A stretch of 63,292 nucleotides of DNA, filler included. It is 4 parts of 4 records of this genome, joined end to end, with 100 filler letters (N's around TTAATTAATTAA, not from the genome) between each part and the next. Parts side by side here need not be neighbours in the genome. Positions count along the whole stretch, not along the records: positions 22,780 to 39,479 come from DRR378314_1246; positions 39,580 to 54,716 come from DRR378314_1248; 2 more parts are not named here. One strand, given 5' to 3'. Positions 29,436 through 41,267 of this stretch are shown here, piece after piece (within the stretch, counting starts at the first letter, position 1; every line of letters starts with the position of its first letter). The translations under genes and the position numbers were made by a program. The notes beneath the pieces were generated by a model, which was not told the DNA's origin, made no database searches, and saw only the letters and a program-made list of their open reading frames with translations.

Positions 29436-31379
29436 TTGGTGGTAAAAGTGCAAAACGCAAATGTAAATATCACGCTTCCAGATGGCAGCGTGCGAAGCTT
29501 CGACAATCCTGTGAGTGGTCTGGAGCTGGCTGCTGATATTGGCCCTGGTTTGGCCAAGGCAGCCCTGGCTCTTCGCATCGACGGAGAAATGCGGGATTTG
29601 AAAACCGTTCTGTCTCAAGATGTCAGTGTTGAAATTGTGACGACCAAGGATGACGGCGCTGAAGTGCTGGAGTTGATCCGCCACGATGCGGCGCATGTGA
29701 TGGCGGAAGCGGTTAAAGAACTGTATCCGGAAACCCAGGTCACCATTGGCCCGGCGATCGAGGATGGTTTTTATTACGATTTTGCACGGGACAAGCCCTT
29801 CACGCCGGATGATCTGGAAAAGATCGAAAAGCGGATGCATGACATTGTCGATCGGGACGAAAGCATTGATCGACAAGACTGGGATCGCGATGAAGCGGTG
29901 CGCTTTTTTGAAGATCAGGGCGAAAAATATAAAGCGGAAATTATCGCCTCAATTCCGGCTGATCAGCCGATCGGGATTTATAAGCAGGGAGAGTTTCAGG
30001 ATCTCTGCCGGGGTCCCCATCTGCCGTCGACCAAGAAATTGGGGCATGCCTTCAAGCTGATGAAGCTGGCCGGTGCCTATTGGCGCGGTGATTCTCGAAA
30101 CGAGATGCTGCAACGGGTTTACGGAACCGCCTGGCGGACTGAGAAAGAGCTGAAGGCCTATCTGAACCGTCTGGAAGAAGCCGAACGCCGGGACCATCGC
30201 AAGCTGGGCCGGGAAATGGATCTGTTCCATATGCAGGAAGAGGCCGTCGGTATGGTGTTCTGGCATAAAAATGGCTGGACCCTGTATCGCACCCTGGAAA
30301 CTTATATCCGTAACAAGCTTGAACAGGCGGATTATCAGGAAGTGAAAACACCGCAACTGGTGGACCGCAAGCTGTGGGAAGATTCGGGTCATTGGGACAA
30401 GTTCCGGGAAAATATGTACACCACCGAATCTGAAGAGCGGACTTTCGCCCTGAAACCCATGAACTGTCCCTGCCATGTGCAGATTTACAATCAGGGCATT
30501 ACCAGTTACCGGGATCTGCCGCTGCGCATGGCGGAATTTGGCTCCTGCCACCGGTATGAGCCGTCAGGGGCCTTGCACGGGATCATGCGGGTTCGCGGAT
30601 TTACCCAGGATGATGCGCATATTTTCTGTACCGAGGATCAAATCACCTCAGAGACAGAAACCTTTTGCGCGCTCTTGCTCGATATTTACAAGGATTTCGG
30701 CTTTACCGAAGTTCGGGTGAAATTCTCTGACCGTCCGGAAGTGCGGGCTGGGGACGACAGCATCTGGGACAAGGCCGAAGGCTCGTTGCGCGATGCCATC
30801 GAAGCCACCGATTTGAGCTATACAATGAACCCGGGCGAAGGCGCGTTTTACGGGCCGAAGCTGGAATTTGTGCTGACCGATGCCATCGGCCGGGACTGGC
30901 AGTGCGGAACCCTGCAGGTTGATTTTGTCTTGCCTGAACGGCTCAACGCCAACTATATCGGCGAAGACGGTGCCAAGCATCGTCCCGTTATGCTGCACCG
31001 GGCAATTTTCGGCTCAATGGAGCGGTTTATCGGCATTCTGATCGAGGAATATGCCGGGCGTTTCCCCTTATGGCTATCCCCGCAGCAGGTGGTGATAGCA
31101 ACCATTACGGACGAGGCGGATGACTATGCGCGGGAAGTTCTGGAAGAAGTGAAAAAGCGGGGCTTGCGGGCCGAACTTGATCTTAGAAACGAAAAGATTA
31201 ACTACAAGGTCCGGGAACACAGCCTTGCCAAGGTTCCCGCCTTGCTGGTGGCCGGCAAACGCGAAGCGGAAGAGCATACAATTTCTGTCAGACGACTGGG
31301 TGAAAAGCACCAGAAGGTAATGTCCTTGACAGAAGCGCTGGACAGTCTTACCGAAGAAGCCCGGATGCCGGGGTTTTAA
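29436..31379 (+). CDS. thrS: Threonine--tRNA ligase
   Basis: TGS domain [36 protein letters not shown]; exact start uncertain. Confidence 0.96.
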   Translation: MVVKVQNANVNITLPDGSVRSFDNPVSGLELAADIGPGLAKAALALRIDGEMRDLKTVLSQDVSVEIVTTKDDGAEVLELIRHDAAHVMAEAVKELYPETQVTIGPAIEDGFYYDFARDKPFTPDDLEKIEKRMHDIVDRDESIDRQDWDRDEAVRFFEDQGEKYKAEIIASIPADQPIGIYKQGEFQDLCRGPHLPSTKKLGHAFKLMKLAGAYWRGDSRNEMLQRVYGTAWRTEKELKAYLNRLEEAERRDHRKLGREMDLFHMQEEAVGMVFWHKNGWTLYRTLETYIRNKLEQADYQEVKTPQLVDRKLWEDSGHWDKFRENMYTTESEERTFALKPMNCPCHVQIYNQGITSYRDLPLRMAEFGSCHRYEPSGALHGIMRVRGFTQDDAHIFCTEDQITSETETFCALLLDIYKDFGFTEVRVKFSDRPEVRAGDDSIWDKAEGSLRDAIEATDLSYTMNPGEGAFYGPKLEFVLTDAIGRDWQCGTLQVDFVLPERLNANYIGEDGAKHRPVMLHRAIFGSMERFIGILIEEYAGRFPLWLSPQQVVIATITDEADDYAREVLEEVKKRGLRAELDLRNEKINYKVREHSLAKVPALLVAGKREAEEHTISVRRLGEKHQKVMSLTEALDSLTEEARMPGF

Positions 31380-31401
31380 GAGGATCGCCCTGCTGAAATG
31401 A

Positions 31402-31465
31402 TTGGAACCTTTCCCGTAAAGGTGTAATATTGTTAAGAGTTGCCAAGTAAATTACTTGGCAACTC
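31402..31465 (+). promoter_or_regulatory. infC promoter and perfect 14-bp inverted repeat at the predicted transcript 5' end
   Basis: TTGGAA-17 nt-TAATAT, then GAGTTGCCAAGTAA-A-TTACTTGGCAACTC (31437-31465). Confidence 0.6.
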
Positions 31466-31490
31466 GGTTTAATGACTAAGGAGAAAGTAA

Positions 31491-32033
31491 ATAGCACGTC
31501 CATCTAGAAATACGATGCCGACCAAAGATGGCCCTCGTATGAACGAAGACATCGAAAGCGCCGAAGTTCGTCTGATCATGGATAATGGCAATAACATCGG
31601 TGTGGTATCCGTTGAAATTGCCGCCGGTCTTGCGGATGAGGCGGGGCTTGACCTTGTGGAAGTTTCCCCGGGACAGATCCCTGTCTGCAAAATCATGGAC
31701 TATGGCCGGGCCAAGTTTGAGGCTCAGAAAAAAGCGGCCAAGGCCCGGAAGAAGCAGAAAACCGTTGAGATTAAAGAACTGAAGCTGCGCCCTGGTATTG
31801 AAGAGCATGATTACCAGGTCAAAATGCGCAACATGGTTCGCTTTATCGAGGCTGGTGACAAGGTGAAGCTGACAATCCGCTTCCGTGGCCGCGAGATGGC
31901 GCATCCGGAAAACGGGATGAAACTGCTGAATCGCGTGCGCGACGAATTCGTTGAATTGATCAAAGTCGAGCTGAATCCGAAAATGGAAGGCCGCATGATG
32001 ACTATGATTGTCGCACCGGCCAACGCTAAATAG
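31491..32033 (+). CDS. infC: Translation initiation factor IF-3, probable non-canonical ATA start
   Basis: IF3 motifs LDLVEV, CKIMDYG, FRGRE; AAGGAG lies 7 nt before an in-frame ATA at 31491 that follows an in-frame TAA. Confidence 0.92.
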   Translation: MARPSRNTMPTKDGPRMNEDIESAEVRLIMDNGNNIGVVSVEIAAGLADEAGLDLVEVSPGQIPVCKIMDYGRAKFEAQKKAAKARKKQKTVEIKELKLRPGIEEHDYQVKMRNMVRFIEAGDKVKLTIRFRGREMAHPENGMKLLNRVRDEFVELIKVELNPKMEGRMMTMIVAPANAK

Positions 32034-32228
32034 TATCCTGATATGTCCTGATGGGACCTATGGAAAAGGAGGCTTTCTCTTTGATAGAGATAGGCCTCTT
32101 TTTGTAAGTATTTGATATTGTTGAGATAAATCCAGATTTGATCACTGATGATTGATCTGGATGCGGGCCTTGAACGGATCTGGGATTTTATCCTGGCTCC
32201 CTGGTGTTCAAAGTCTGAAAACAAAGGC

Positions 32229-32257
32229 TTGATCTCTCTAATATCCGCGGGTATAAC
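32229..32257 (+). promoter_or_regulatory. Sigma70 promoter for rpmI-rplT
   Basis: TTGATC-17 nt-TATAAC. Confidence 0.65.
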
Positions 32258-32340
32258 CCTCGCTTCGTCGAACATTCCGGCCAAAAAGGGCTGCCGAGTT
32301 TGTTCAATCGCTTAACTCTTTATTGATAAGGGAAGCCAAA

Positions 32341-32538
32341 ATGCCCAAGTTGAAAACCAAAAGTGGTGTCAAGAAACGCTTTTCTCTGACAGCCAATGGA
32401 AAGGTTCGCGGTGGCCAGGCTGGTAAACAGCACGGTATGATCAAGCGGACTACAAAACAGATCCGGAACCAGCGCGGGACGACAATTCTGTCCGAGCCAG
32501 ATGCACGGATCATCAAAAAGTTTCTACCATACGGCTAA
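32341..32538 (+). CDS. rpmI: 50S ribosomal protein L35
   Basis: [14 protein letters not shown]. Confidence 0.96.
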   Translation: MPKLKTKSGVKKRFSLTANGKVRGGQAGKQHGMIKRTTKQIRNQRGTTILSEPDARIIKKFLPYG

Positions 32539-32551
32539 AGGAGAGTAGACC

Positions 32552-32914
32552 ATGGCACGTGTTAAACGCGGTGTGACTACTCACGCCCGCCACAGAAAAG
32601 TAATCAAATCAGCCAAAGGTTATTACGGTCGCCGTAAGAATACCTTCCGCGCAGCAGTTCAGGCCGTTGAAAAAGCCGGACAGTACGCTTACCGCGACCG
32701 TCGCGTTAAAAAGCGGAACTTCCGTGCGCTTTGGATCCAGCGGATCAATGCGGCGTCTCGTGAACTTGGCATGACATACGGCAACTTTATGCACGGCCTC
32801 AAGCTGGCCGGCATCGATCTGGACCGCAAGGTTCTTGCCGATATCGCCGTTCGCGAGCCTGAGGCCTTTAAGGCATTGGTGGAAGCTGCTGAAAAGGCAT
32901 CTGCCAAAGCCTGA
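32552..32914 (+). CDS. rplT: 50S ribosomal protein L20
   Basis: [22 protein letters not shown]. Confidence 0.97.
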   Translation: MARVKRGVTTHARHRKVIKSAKGYYGRRKNTFRAAVQAVEKAGQYAYRDRRVKKRNFRALWIQRINAASRELGMTYGNFMHGLKLAGIDLDRKVLADIAVREPEAFKALVEAAEKASAKA

Positions 32915-32976
32915 TTAATATCGGGCCCTCAAATCTTCATGCAAGAGTACTAGACTTTTTCGAAGACCACTTTATT

Positions 32977-33012
32977 AAAAAGGGGGCCCGTTGCTTACGG
33001 GTCCCCTTTTTT
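32977..33012 (+). terminator. Terminator-like hairpin between rplT and pheS
   Basis: A5-GGGGGCCCGT-loop-ACGGGTCCCC-T6. Confidence 0.65.
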
Positions 33013-33026
33013 ATGTGAAAGAGACG

Positions 33027-34103
33027 ATGCAGGATATAAACGAGCTTGAAAGCGAATTGCTGAGCGACATAAGCAATGCAAAGGATCTGGACACCTTGGA
33101 AGCGGTGCGGATCTCCGCCCTTGGCAAAAAGGGGCGCGTCAGTTTGATGATGCGTGGCCTGGGACAAATGGCACCAGAGGAACGCCAGGAAGTTGCGCCA
33201 AAACTGAACCAGCTGAAGAAATCCATCGGGGATGCGATCGATAGCGCCAAGGGGGCTTTGAACAGAGCCGCACTGGAAGCGAAACTCGCCGCTGAAACCG
33301 TGGATATCACGCTCCCGGTTCGCCCTGAACAGAAGGGGCGCATTCACCCTATCAGCCAGGTCACCGATGAAATTATCGAAATCTTTGCCGATATGGGCTT
33401 TTCCATCGCCGAAGGCCCGGATATCGAAGATGACTTTCATAACTTTACGGCGCTGAATATTCCGCTGGAACATCCTGCCCGTCAGATGCATGACACTTTC
33501 TACCTGCCGGAAAAGGAAGATGGTTCCCGCCAATTGCTGCGCACCCATACATCTTCGGTGCAAATTCGCACCATGGAAACCATCAAGCCTCCCCATCGGA
33601 TTGTTGTTCCCGGACGCACCTACCGAAGCGATTCCGATCAGACCCACACCCCGATGTTTAATCAGATCGAGGGGCTGGTGATTGATAAAACCAGTCATAT
33701 GGGCCATTTGAAGGGCGTCTTGAAAGAATTCTGTCAGGCCTATTTTGAAGTTGAAGACGTGGAAATGCGCTTTCGCCCGTCCTATTTTCCGTTCACCGAA
33801 CCGTCCGCTGAAATGGATATCCGCTGTACCTTTGCCGGCGATCATATCAAGGTGGGTGAAGGCGATGACTGGATGGAAATCCTCGGATGCGGCATGGTCA
33901 ACCCACGGGTTCTGGCCCATTGCGGCATCGATCCCAATGAATATCAGGGCTTTGCCTGGGGCATGGGCATCGACCGCATCGCCATGCTGAAATACGGTAT
34001 TCCTGATCTGCGCGCTTTCTTTGATTGTGATTTGCGCTGGCTGAAACATTATGGATTTGTCCCGCTGGATGTTCCAACACTGGGCGGAGGGTTGTCACGA
34101 TGA
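33027..34103 (+). CDS. pheS: Phenylalanine--tRNA ligase alpha subunit
   Basis: [31 protein letters not shown]. Confidence 0.96.
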   Translation: MQDINELESELLSDISNAKDLDTLEAVRISALGKKGRVSLMMRGLGQMAPEERQEVAPKLNQLKKSIGDAIDSAKGALNRAALEAKLAAETVDITLPVRPEQKGRIHPISQVTDEIIEIFADMGFSIAEGPDIEDDFHNFTALNIPLEHPARQMHDTFYLPEKEDGSRQLLRTHTSSVQIRTMETIKPPHRIVVPGRTYRSDSDQTHTPMFNQIEGLVIDKTSHMGHLKGVLKEFCQAYFEVEDVEMRFRPSYFPFTEPSAEMDIRCTFAGDHIKVGEGDDWMEILGCGMVNPRVLAHCGIDPNEYQGFAWGMGIDRIAMLKYGIPDLRAFFDCDLRWLKHYGFVPLDVPTLGGGLSR

Positions 34104-36508
34104 AATTCACCGTTTCCTGGTTAAGAGAGTATCTGGAATTTGACGCTTCATTAGAAGAATTGTCGGAAAAACTGACCGCCATCGGGCTGGAAGTTGAAGA
34201 GATTGTCGATCGCGCCAAAGAATTGCAGGCCTTCAAGGTGTGTCAGGTTCTGATGGCGGAGCAGCATCCGGATGCGGATCGCCTGCGGGTGTGTCAGGTG
34301 GATACGGGCAAGGAAGTTGTCCAGGTCGTTTGCGGCGCGCCCAATGCGAAAACCGGTATGAAAGGGGTATTTGCCCCGTCCGGATCTTACGTGCCGGGCA
34401 CCGATCTGTGGTTGAAACCGTCGAAAATTCGCGGCGTTGAAAGCAACGGAATGCTGGTTTCCGAACGGGAAATGGGCCTCTCTGATGAGCATGATGGCAT
34501 CATTGAACTTCCAGCCGAGACAGAAATTGGGGTGGAATTTGCCCAGCTCGCCGGTCTGGATGACCCGGTGATCGAGATTGCCATCACCCCAAATCATCAG
34601 GATGCGCTTGGCGTTTTCGGTATCGCCCGGGATCTGGCGGCGGCGGGCTTTGGTAGCTTAAAGGCGCCGGATCTGTCCCCTGTTGAGGGACGTTTTGAAA
34701 GTCCCATCGGCGTTCGCCTGAGCTTTCCGGCGGGAACGGATCCGCTGCCCTGCTCCAAATTTCTGGGACGCTATGTGCGCGGCGTGAAAAACGGTCCAAG
34801 TCCGAAATGGATGCAGGATCGGCTGTTGTCCATTGGTCTGCGGCCAATTTCGGCGCTGGTGGATATTACAAATTTTGTCACCTTTGATCTGGGCCGTCCG
34901 CTGCATGTGTTCGATGCGGACAAGCTGACCGGTGATATCCAACCCCGCTTTGCCAAGGACGCAGAGACGTTGCTGGCCCTGGATGGGGAGGAATATACCT
35001 TAAGCGCGACAGATTGCGTGATTGCTGATGATGCAGCGGCGCAAGGACTAGGCGGTGTCATGGGCGGAGAGCTCAGCGGTTGCACCGAAGAGACGGTCAA
35101 TGTGTTTATCGAAGCGGCGTTGTTTGATCCTATTGCGATCGCCACAACCGGCCGGCGTCTGGGCATTGAATCTGATGCCCGCTACCGGTTTGAGCGGGGC
35201 GTCGATCCGGCGTTTGTAGAAAGCGGTATGGAGGTTGCCACCCGACTGGTGCAGGAGCTTTGCGGTGGGGAGGCAAGCCATGTGGTTGCCGATGGCACAG
35301 GCCCTGAATGGCAGAAAAAAGTGTCCCTTCGCAAAGGCCGGGTCAAGGCCCTTGGCGGTGTGGATGTGCCGGCCGATCGGATGATCGAGATCCTGGATCA
35401 ACTGGGCTTCAAGCCGGTTGATGCGGGTGATGTGATTGAAACCGAAGTCCCTTCCTGGCGGATGGATATCGATGGGGAGGCTGACCTTGTTGAAGAGGTC
35501 ATGCGGATCTATGGCTATGACCAGATCCCTACCGTGACCCTGCCGCGTCTTTCGGTTGTGGCCAAGCCATCGGTCACCCCGGCCCAACGTCGGGTGCGGA
35601 CTGCCAAACGGGCCCTGGCGGGCCGCGGTATGATCGAGGCGGTAACCTATTCCTTCCTGCCCCGGGCCCATGCAGAGCTGTTTGGCGGGGTGAACGAAGA
35701 TCTTGTTCTGGCCAACCCGATCAGTGCGGATCTGGATGTGATGCGGCCGTCTTTGCTGCCCAATCTGGTGGCCGCAGCGGGCCGCAACCAGGCGCGTGGC
35801 TTTACTGATATCAACCTGTTTGAAGTTGCCGGTGAATATCACAGCGATCAGCCTGATGGTCAGCGCATGGTCGCGGCGGGTATTCGGGTCGGTCAGGATG
35901 GTGATCGCCATTGGTCAGGCGCCGGCCGCGCCTATGACCTGTTTGATGTGAAGGCGGATGTTCTGGATGTGCTGGATGCCATTGGCGGTCCGGCGGCAAC
36001 GGCGCAGATCGTCACCGGTGCACCAGAATGGTATCATCCGGGGCGCAGTGGTGTGATCCAGTTGGGGCCGCAAAAAAGGTTGGCCGTGTTTGGTGAATTG
36101 CACCCCTCCGTACTGGCGGCCATGAAGGTCAAAGGTCCGGTCATGGCATTTGAGCTTTATGTAGACGCGGTTCCCCTGCCAAAATCCACGGGCAAGACCG
36201 CTAAAGATCCGCTCAAGGTTTCGGATTATCAGGCGGTGGAGCGCGACTTTGCCTTTGTCATGGCATCTGATGTGTCTGCAGATAAAATCCTGCGGGCGGC
36301 AAAAGGCGCTGACAAGAAGCTGATCACGGATGCCACTATTTTTGACATCTATGAAGGCGATAAGATCGAGGAGGGCATGAAATCTGTTGCCCTGTCCATC
36401 CGCTTGGAGCCGCAGGATAAAACCCTGACGGACGAGGAAATTGAGGCCGTCGCCGGTAAGGTGATCGCCAATGTTGAAAAAACCAGTGGCGGGACGCTTC
36501 GCCGCTAG
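34100..36508 (+). CDS. pheT: Phenylalanine--tRNA ligase beta subunit
   Basis: [27 protein letters not shown]...ADLVEEV, ERD anticodon-binding domain. Confidence 0.96.
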   Translation: MKFTVSWLREYLEFDASLEELSEKLTAIGLEVEEIVDRAKELQAFKVCQVLMAEQHPDADRLRVCQVDTGKEVVQVVCGAPNAKTGMKGVFAPSGSYVPGTDLWLKPSKIRGVESNGMLVSEREMGLSDEHDGIIELPAETEIGVEFAQLAGLDDPVIEIAITPNHQDALGVFGIARDLAAAGFGSLKAPDLSPVEGRFESPIGVRLSFPAGTDPLPCSKFLGRYVRGVKNGPSPKWMQDRLLSIGLRPISALVDITNFVTFDLGRPLHVFDADKLTGDIQPRFAKDAETLLALDGEEYTLSATDCVIADDAAAQGLGGVMGGELSGCTEETVNVFIEAALFDPIAIATTGRRLGIESDARYRFERGVDPAFVESGMEVATRLVQELCGGEASHVVADGTGPEWQKKVSLRKGRVKALGGVDVPADRMIEILDQLGFKPVDAGDVIETEVPSWRMDIDGEADLVEEVMRIYGYDQIPTVTLPRLSVVAKPSVTPAQRRVRTAKRALAGRGMIEAVTYSFLPRAHAELFGGVNEDLVLANPISADLDVMRPSLLPNLVAAAGRNQARGFTDINLFEVAGEYHSDQPDGQRMVAAGIRVGQDGDRHWSGAGRAYDLFDVKADVLDVLDAIGGPAATAQIVTGAPEWYHPGRSGVIQLGPQKRLAVFGELHPSVLAAMKVKGPVMAFELYVDAVPLPKSTGKTAKDPLKVSDYQAVERDFAFVMASDVSADKILRAAKGADKKLITDATIFDIYEGDKIEEGMKSVALSIRLEPQDKTLTDEEIEAVAGKVIANVEKTSGGTLRR

Positions 36509-36578
36509 CCCGGCTATAGTATCGTAAACAGTTATGGGGGGCGTTCGGCGTCCCCCATTTGAATTTCAGGATAGAATA

Positions 36579-37031
36579 ATGACAGAAAAAATCCCTGACG
36601 GTTTTAAACCTTTCCCGCGCATTCCCGGCTTTTTGGAAACAACGGGACCGCTTTATGTGCGCTACTCTGAAGGGGCCGCGGAACTTGGCCTTCGGGTAGA
36701 TGAAAAGCATGTTAATATCGCCGACATCTGCCATGGGGGCATGTTGATGACCTTTGCCGATATGCAGCTTGGCATCGGGGCGCAGGCGGCCATGGGCATG
36801 CGCAGGTTTCTGCCCACCATGCATATGAGCTGTGATTTTGTGGCGCCAACCCCGCTGGGGGCCTGGCTGCAGGGATCAACGACGGTGATCAAGCAGACGC
36901 GCAAATCGGTTTTTGCCAACTGCCTGGTGACGGCGGACGGGGAGACCGTGTTCAGCGCCTCGGGAATTATGAAGATTCCGGGAGATAATGGCGGACAGTT
37001 TTCTGATATTGTGTTATCGGAACCCAGTTAA
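36579..37031 (+). CDS. PaaI family hotdog thioesterase
   Basis: HVN..DICHGGMLMTFAD motif; AGGA RBS. Confidence 0.82.
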   Translation: MTEKIPDGFKPFPRIPGFLETTGPLYVRYSEGAAELGLRVDEKHVNIADICHGGMLMTFADMQLGIGAQAAMGMRRFLPTMHMSCDFVAPTPLGAWLQGSTTVIKQTRKSVFANCLVTADGETVFSASGIMKIPGDNGGQFSDIVLSEPS

Positions 37032-37085
37032 ACTTTTTCTGTTCTTTCGCGTTGAAGGAACATGCGTGTTTTAGATAGTGACAAG

Positions 37086-38888
37086 ATGACAGACCTCAGC
37101 AAAATCCGGAATTTTTCGATCATCGCCCATATTGATCACGGCAAGTCGACCCTGGCCGACCGTTTGATCCAGGATTGCGGCGGCCTGGATAACCGGGAAA
37201 TGCACCAGCAGGTTCTGGATAACATGGATATCGAGCGCGAACGGGGCATCACCATCAAGTCGCAAACCGTGCGCCTGCTCTATACCGCAAAGGATGGGGA
37301 AACCTATACCCTGAACCTGATCGACACCCCCGGCCATGTGGATTTCGCCTATGAGGTGAACCGCTCACTCTCCGCCTGTGAAGGCTCTTTGCTGGTGGTT
37401 GATGCCAGTCAGGGGGTCGAGGCGCAAACCCTCGCCAATGTGTATCAGGCGATTGAGGTGGATCACGAGATTATCCCCGTGCTGAACAAGGTTGATCTGC
37501 CAGCGGCGGATGTGGACCGGGTGTCGGAGCAGATAGAAGATGTGATCGGCATTGACGCGACAGAGGCAATTGCCGTTTCTGCGAAAACGGGGCTTGGCAT
37601 TGAAGCGGTTCTGGAAGCCGTTGTTCAGAAAATCCCTGCGCCGGTTGGCGATCGGGAAATGCCCCTGCAGGCCCTGTTGATTGACAGTTGGTATGACGCG
37701 TATCTTGGGGTTGTGGTTCTGTTTCGGGTGCGTCAGGGCTTCATGAAAAAAGGCCAGCGGATCCGCCTGATGCAAACCGGCGCGGCTTATTTGGTTGACC
37801 GGGTGGGTGTTTTCACCCCGAAGGGCTTGTTGGTGGATGAACTGGGTCCCGGTGAAATCGGGTTTATGACTGCCGCCATCAAGGAAGTGGCGGATACCAA
37901 TGTGGGCGATACCATCACCGATGATCGCCGCCCTGCCGAAGCGCCTCTGCCCGGCTTTAAGCCGAACCAGCCGGTGGTCTTTTGTGGTCTGTTCCCGGTC
38001 GATTCCGCGGAATTTACAGAACTCAAATCTAGCCTTGCCAAATTGCGGCTCAATGACGCCAGCTTCTCTTTTGAAGCGGAAACCTCTGCCGCGCTTGGCT
38101 TTGGGTTTCGCTGCGGGTTTTTGGGATTGCTGCATCTGGAAATCATTCAGGAGCGGCTGGAGCGGGAATTTGACCTCGACCTGATCACCACCGCACCGTC
38201 CGTTGTCTATCATATCTATATGACCAACGGAGAGATGGAAGAGCTGCATAACCCGGCGGATATGCCCGATGTGATGAAAATCGATCATGTCGAGGAGCCG
38301 TGGATCAAGGCGACCATCATGGTGCCCGATGATTTCCTAGGTCATGTGTTGAAACTCTGCGAAGACAAGCGCGGTGTGCAGCTGGATCTGACCTATGCGG
38401 GTAACCGGGCCATGGTTGTCTATAAACTCCCGCTGAACGAGGTTGTGTTTGATTTCTACGACCGCCTGAAATCAGTCAGCCGGGGCTATGCCAGCTTTGA
38501 TTATGAGATCATGGGCTATGAGGAAAGCGACCTTGTGAAACTGTCCATTCTGGTCAATGCGGAACCGGTCGATGCGCTGGCCATGCTGGTCCATCGCTCT
38601 CAGGCCGAGGCCCGGGGCCGTCAGCTGTGCGAGCGGCTCAAAGATCTAATCCCCCGTCAATTGTTCAAGATTGCCCTGCAGGCGGCGATCGGCGGCAAAG
38701 TCATCGCCCGGGAAACCATTGCCGCCATGCGCAAAGACGTGACGGCCAAATGTTACGGCGGTGATATTACCCGTAAAAAGAAACTGCTGGAAAAGCAGAA
38801 AAAAGGCAAGAAGCGCATGCGCTCCATCGGCAATGTGGAAATTCCGCAAAGCGCCTTTGTTGCCGCCCTGAAAATGAGCGACGATTAG
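37086..38888 (+). CDS. lepA: Elongation factor 4
   Basis: [39 protein letters not shown]. Confidence 0.97.
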   Translation: MTDLSKIRNFSIIAHIDHGKSTLADRLIQDCGGLDNREMHQQVLDNMDIERERGITIKSQTVRLLYTAKDGETYTLNLIDTPGHVDFAYEVNRSLSACEGSLLVVDASQGVEAQTLANVYQAIEVDHEIIPVLNKVDLPAADVDRVSEQIEDVIGIDATEAIAVSAKTGLGIEAVLEAVVQKIPAPVGDREMPLQALLIDSWYDAYLGVVVLFRVRQGFMKKGQRIRLMQTGAAYLVDRVGVFTPKGLLVDELGPGEIGFMTAAIKEVADTNVGDTITDDRRPAEAPLPGFKPNQPVVFCGLFPVDSAEFTELKSSLAKLRLNDASFSFEAETSAALGFGFRCGFLGLLHLEIIQERLEREFDLDLITTAPSVVYHIYMTNGEMEELHNPADMPDVMKIDHVEEPWIKATIMVPDDFLGHVLKLCEDKRGVQLDLTYAGNRAMVVYKLPLNEVVFDFYDRLKSVSRGYASFDYEIMGYEESDLVKLSILVNAEPVDALAMLVHRSQAEARGRQLCERLKDLIPRQLFKIALQAAIGGKVIARETIAAMRKDVTAKCYGGDITRKKKLLEKQKKGKKRMRSIGNVEIPQSAFVAALKMSDD

Positions 38889-38948
38889 GCACTTAAGCGC
38901 TGGCGGCGACTGGCCGCGCAGTGCCCGAAAGGCTTCGAAATGCGCTGG

Positions 38949-39269
38949 TTAGTTCAGGTATTTGCGGGGGGTGAAGCTGTTCGCTTTTTGCCGAAACAGC
39001 AGGATCAGCAAAATGCCGGGGATGGCAAAAACCATCCAGGCTGGCCACAATAGGACCTCCACAAGAACCGGGTCCCAAAGCTCCGGGATCAGATAGCGCT
39101 GGATGACGGCCTGCGTCAGGTTGAGGCTTTCCAGATGTAGCTCAAACCAAAGCTGTCCCAGCAGCTGCGGGGTCCATTCCCCGGCGCGAAGTGACATCAG
39201 CAACTCACTTCCGAACAGCATCAAACTCAGAATGATAAAAATCCACCCAAAAAATCGTCCGACTATCAC
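38949..39269 (-). CDS. Hypothetical membrane protein
   Basis: GTG with GAGGGAG upstream, two TM segments, LGQLW...SLNL.QA.IQRY..P.LWDP pattern. Confidence 0.65.
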   Translation of the reverse strand: MIVGRFFGWIFIILSLMLFGSELLMSLRAGEWTPQLLGQLWFELHLESLNLTQAVIQRYLIPELWDPVLVEVLLWPAWMVFAIPGILLILLFRQKANSFTPRKYLN

Positions 39270-39387
39270 AGGGCCCTGCTCCCTCAAGCAACCAACAAAT
39301 CGGGGACTAAAAAACCGCCAATCGGCAAAGCCTACCCTTAAATATTCCAAATGCCCAATCTTTTTAATTTGAACCGGGTTTGAACGC

Positions 39388-39415
39388 TTGCATTCTCTGG
39401 CTTGTTGGGTATATT
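39388..39415 (+). promoter_or_regulatory. Sigma70 promoter for tRNA
   Basis: TTGCAT-16 nt-TATATT. Confidence 0.55.
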
Positions 39416-39444
39416 CCCCCGGTCCCGTTCATATGAACGTTTGC

Positions 39445-39479
39445 GGAGGGGTGGCCGAGTGGCTGAAGGCGCACGCCTG
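39445..39479 (+). tRNA. tRNA-Ser (probably GGA), 5' part only
   Basis: GGAGGGGTGGCCGAGTGGCTGAAGGCGCACGCCTG resembles the serW-type tRNA 5' half; cut by contig end. Confidence 0.8.
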
Positions 39480-39579
39480 NNNNNNNNNNNNNNNNNNNNN
39501 NNNNNNNNNNNNNNNNNNNNNNNTTAATTAATTAANNNNNNNNNNNNNNNNNNNNNNNNNNNNNNNNNNNNNNNNNNNN
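39480..39579. other. Artificial contig linker
   Basis: N-run with TTAATTAATTAA. Confidence 0.98.
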
Positions 39580-39785
39580 TTATATTTTGCATGTATGGGA
39601 GAGCATGTACGACAGAGTGATATACGGATTGCTGTTGCGGCAACCCTGCAGTGCGCTTCGACCCTGTGTGTGCGGCAGCGAGAATCCGCTCGCGGTGGTG
39701 CAGCGCTTGGTCACACAGCAAAGGCGATCGCTCCTGTGCGTTGTTCTGTCGCCCAGTCTTGGGACGTGCAGGGCATCTGTGTGTA

Positions 39786-41042
39786 ATGACGGGCCCGGAC
39801 CTTTCTACGCTTGAAAAGCGTGTCAAGAGCACGGCTACATCGATTGAAAACTTGACGAGTCGCTTGGAGCAACTGGAAGCCGGTGTGTAGCAAGGAAAAG
39901 CAACGTGCCTTCGCCACGGATGGAGCACGCTTCCGCTGTGGCTGCGCTATTCTGCGCGTGAGCTTCGCGTGCCTTCCGAGGAATTCCGCGCGTTTTTCTT
40001 TTGTCCATTTTTCAATAGGCAATGGTTTTGTACGAGATTTTTTTTTCCGAATAAATAGTGACTTCATGTCAGATTGTACTGAGGAGTGTCAAAAGGGCCT
40101 AGCGCGGGTGACTGAGCAATCCTGTACGCAAACCGCGTTGGCTGTTTCGGTGCTGTTTTTGTTTTTTGGTTTTGTATTCCTGCAGGATCGGCGAGCACCG
40201 GCGCAACCTCTGGCGCTGCTATTTCGCAGGAGGAGCTCCTGAACGCGTTGAAAGACGTACGCGCCGCTCTTGTTGCAGAAACAGCTACTGCGGAGAAGTA
40301 CGTTCCATGCAATGTAAAAACTGCACGTTCACGGTAGGAGACGCGTGGTAATTTTCGTGAGGAGCGGGGCCTGGGTTCGCGTGACCTTTCGCGCACTGTG
40401 CCACCGCGGGCCGCTTGCGCAGCCACACAAGTGACGCCTCGCTTCAGGGCGAGCAGCCGACTGTATTTTTGACAGTTTTCTGCACTTTCTCCTGATGCGT
40501 CATTTTCGATCCTCTGAATTGGGAGCAGAGCACGTGACGATGCAGAAAAGGTATGGGTACTTCCGAGTATGCCGTGTGCGGTGCACTCGCGAAACTCTCC
40601 TGCCAAGCAGAGTACGCCTCCCTCCGTGCTCAGCAGTGTGCGCCTCTCGCTGCAAGGGTGCTGCAGCCGATTTTCCGCTTGGGGCGTGTTTACCGAACCT
40701 CTCACGCCGTTGTACTGCCCATTTCCTTCACCCACCTTGAACGCATACGATTTTAAACTATGAACGGGAAGACTGCATTGCATATTGCCATCCTCTGCGC
40801 TCGGCAGTGTGCAAGCCCCTTTGCACGGGTGCTTGTGCCGGACGAAGTTGCCGCGCGTCCACCGAACCTCTGACGCAGTTGTGGTTTCCGTTTCCCCCCT
40901 CTACAATTCCGTTCTTTCAATGATCTGAATGGTGCAGGCTGCGTTGCAGGTTGCCGCTCTTGAGAAGGAAAATGCGAAATTGCGGTACCGTGTCAAGCAT
41001 TTGATTCGCAGCCTGGAGGAAGAGGAGGCGGCGCGCGCATAG
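39786..41042 (+). CDS. Eukaryotic 4-exon gene for a small coiled-coil protein (about 111 aa)
   Basis: Exons 39786-39882, 40186-40297, 40529-40550, 40938(or 40950)-41042; all introns GT-AG and phase-consistent; ends LEKENAKLRYRVKHLIRSLEEEEAARA. Confidence 0.7.
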
Positions 41043-41267
41043 TTGCTGCGCACGTTCCAGTTTCTATGACAAATTGCCTTGTTGCTTAACGAACCGAGGG
41101 ACGCGACTGAGAGAAACATGTATTGCGCGGGTGTCCCCAGGTAGCCCATTCGATCTTGGTACCAAAGATCACATCGATGACCTTGAGTATTAAAAAAACC
41201 ATCGGAAAAAATAAAGAGAGTATCATACTGTGCGGCAACCATATGCGCATCGGAAGCGGCATTCTCG

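Noticed and set aside
32915-33026. Possible Phe-codon attenuator leader upstream of pheS
   Set aside because: The Phe-containing frame has no credible start codon or RBS; only the terminator hairpin is supported
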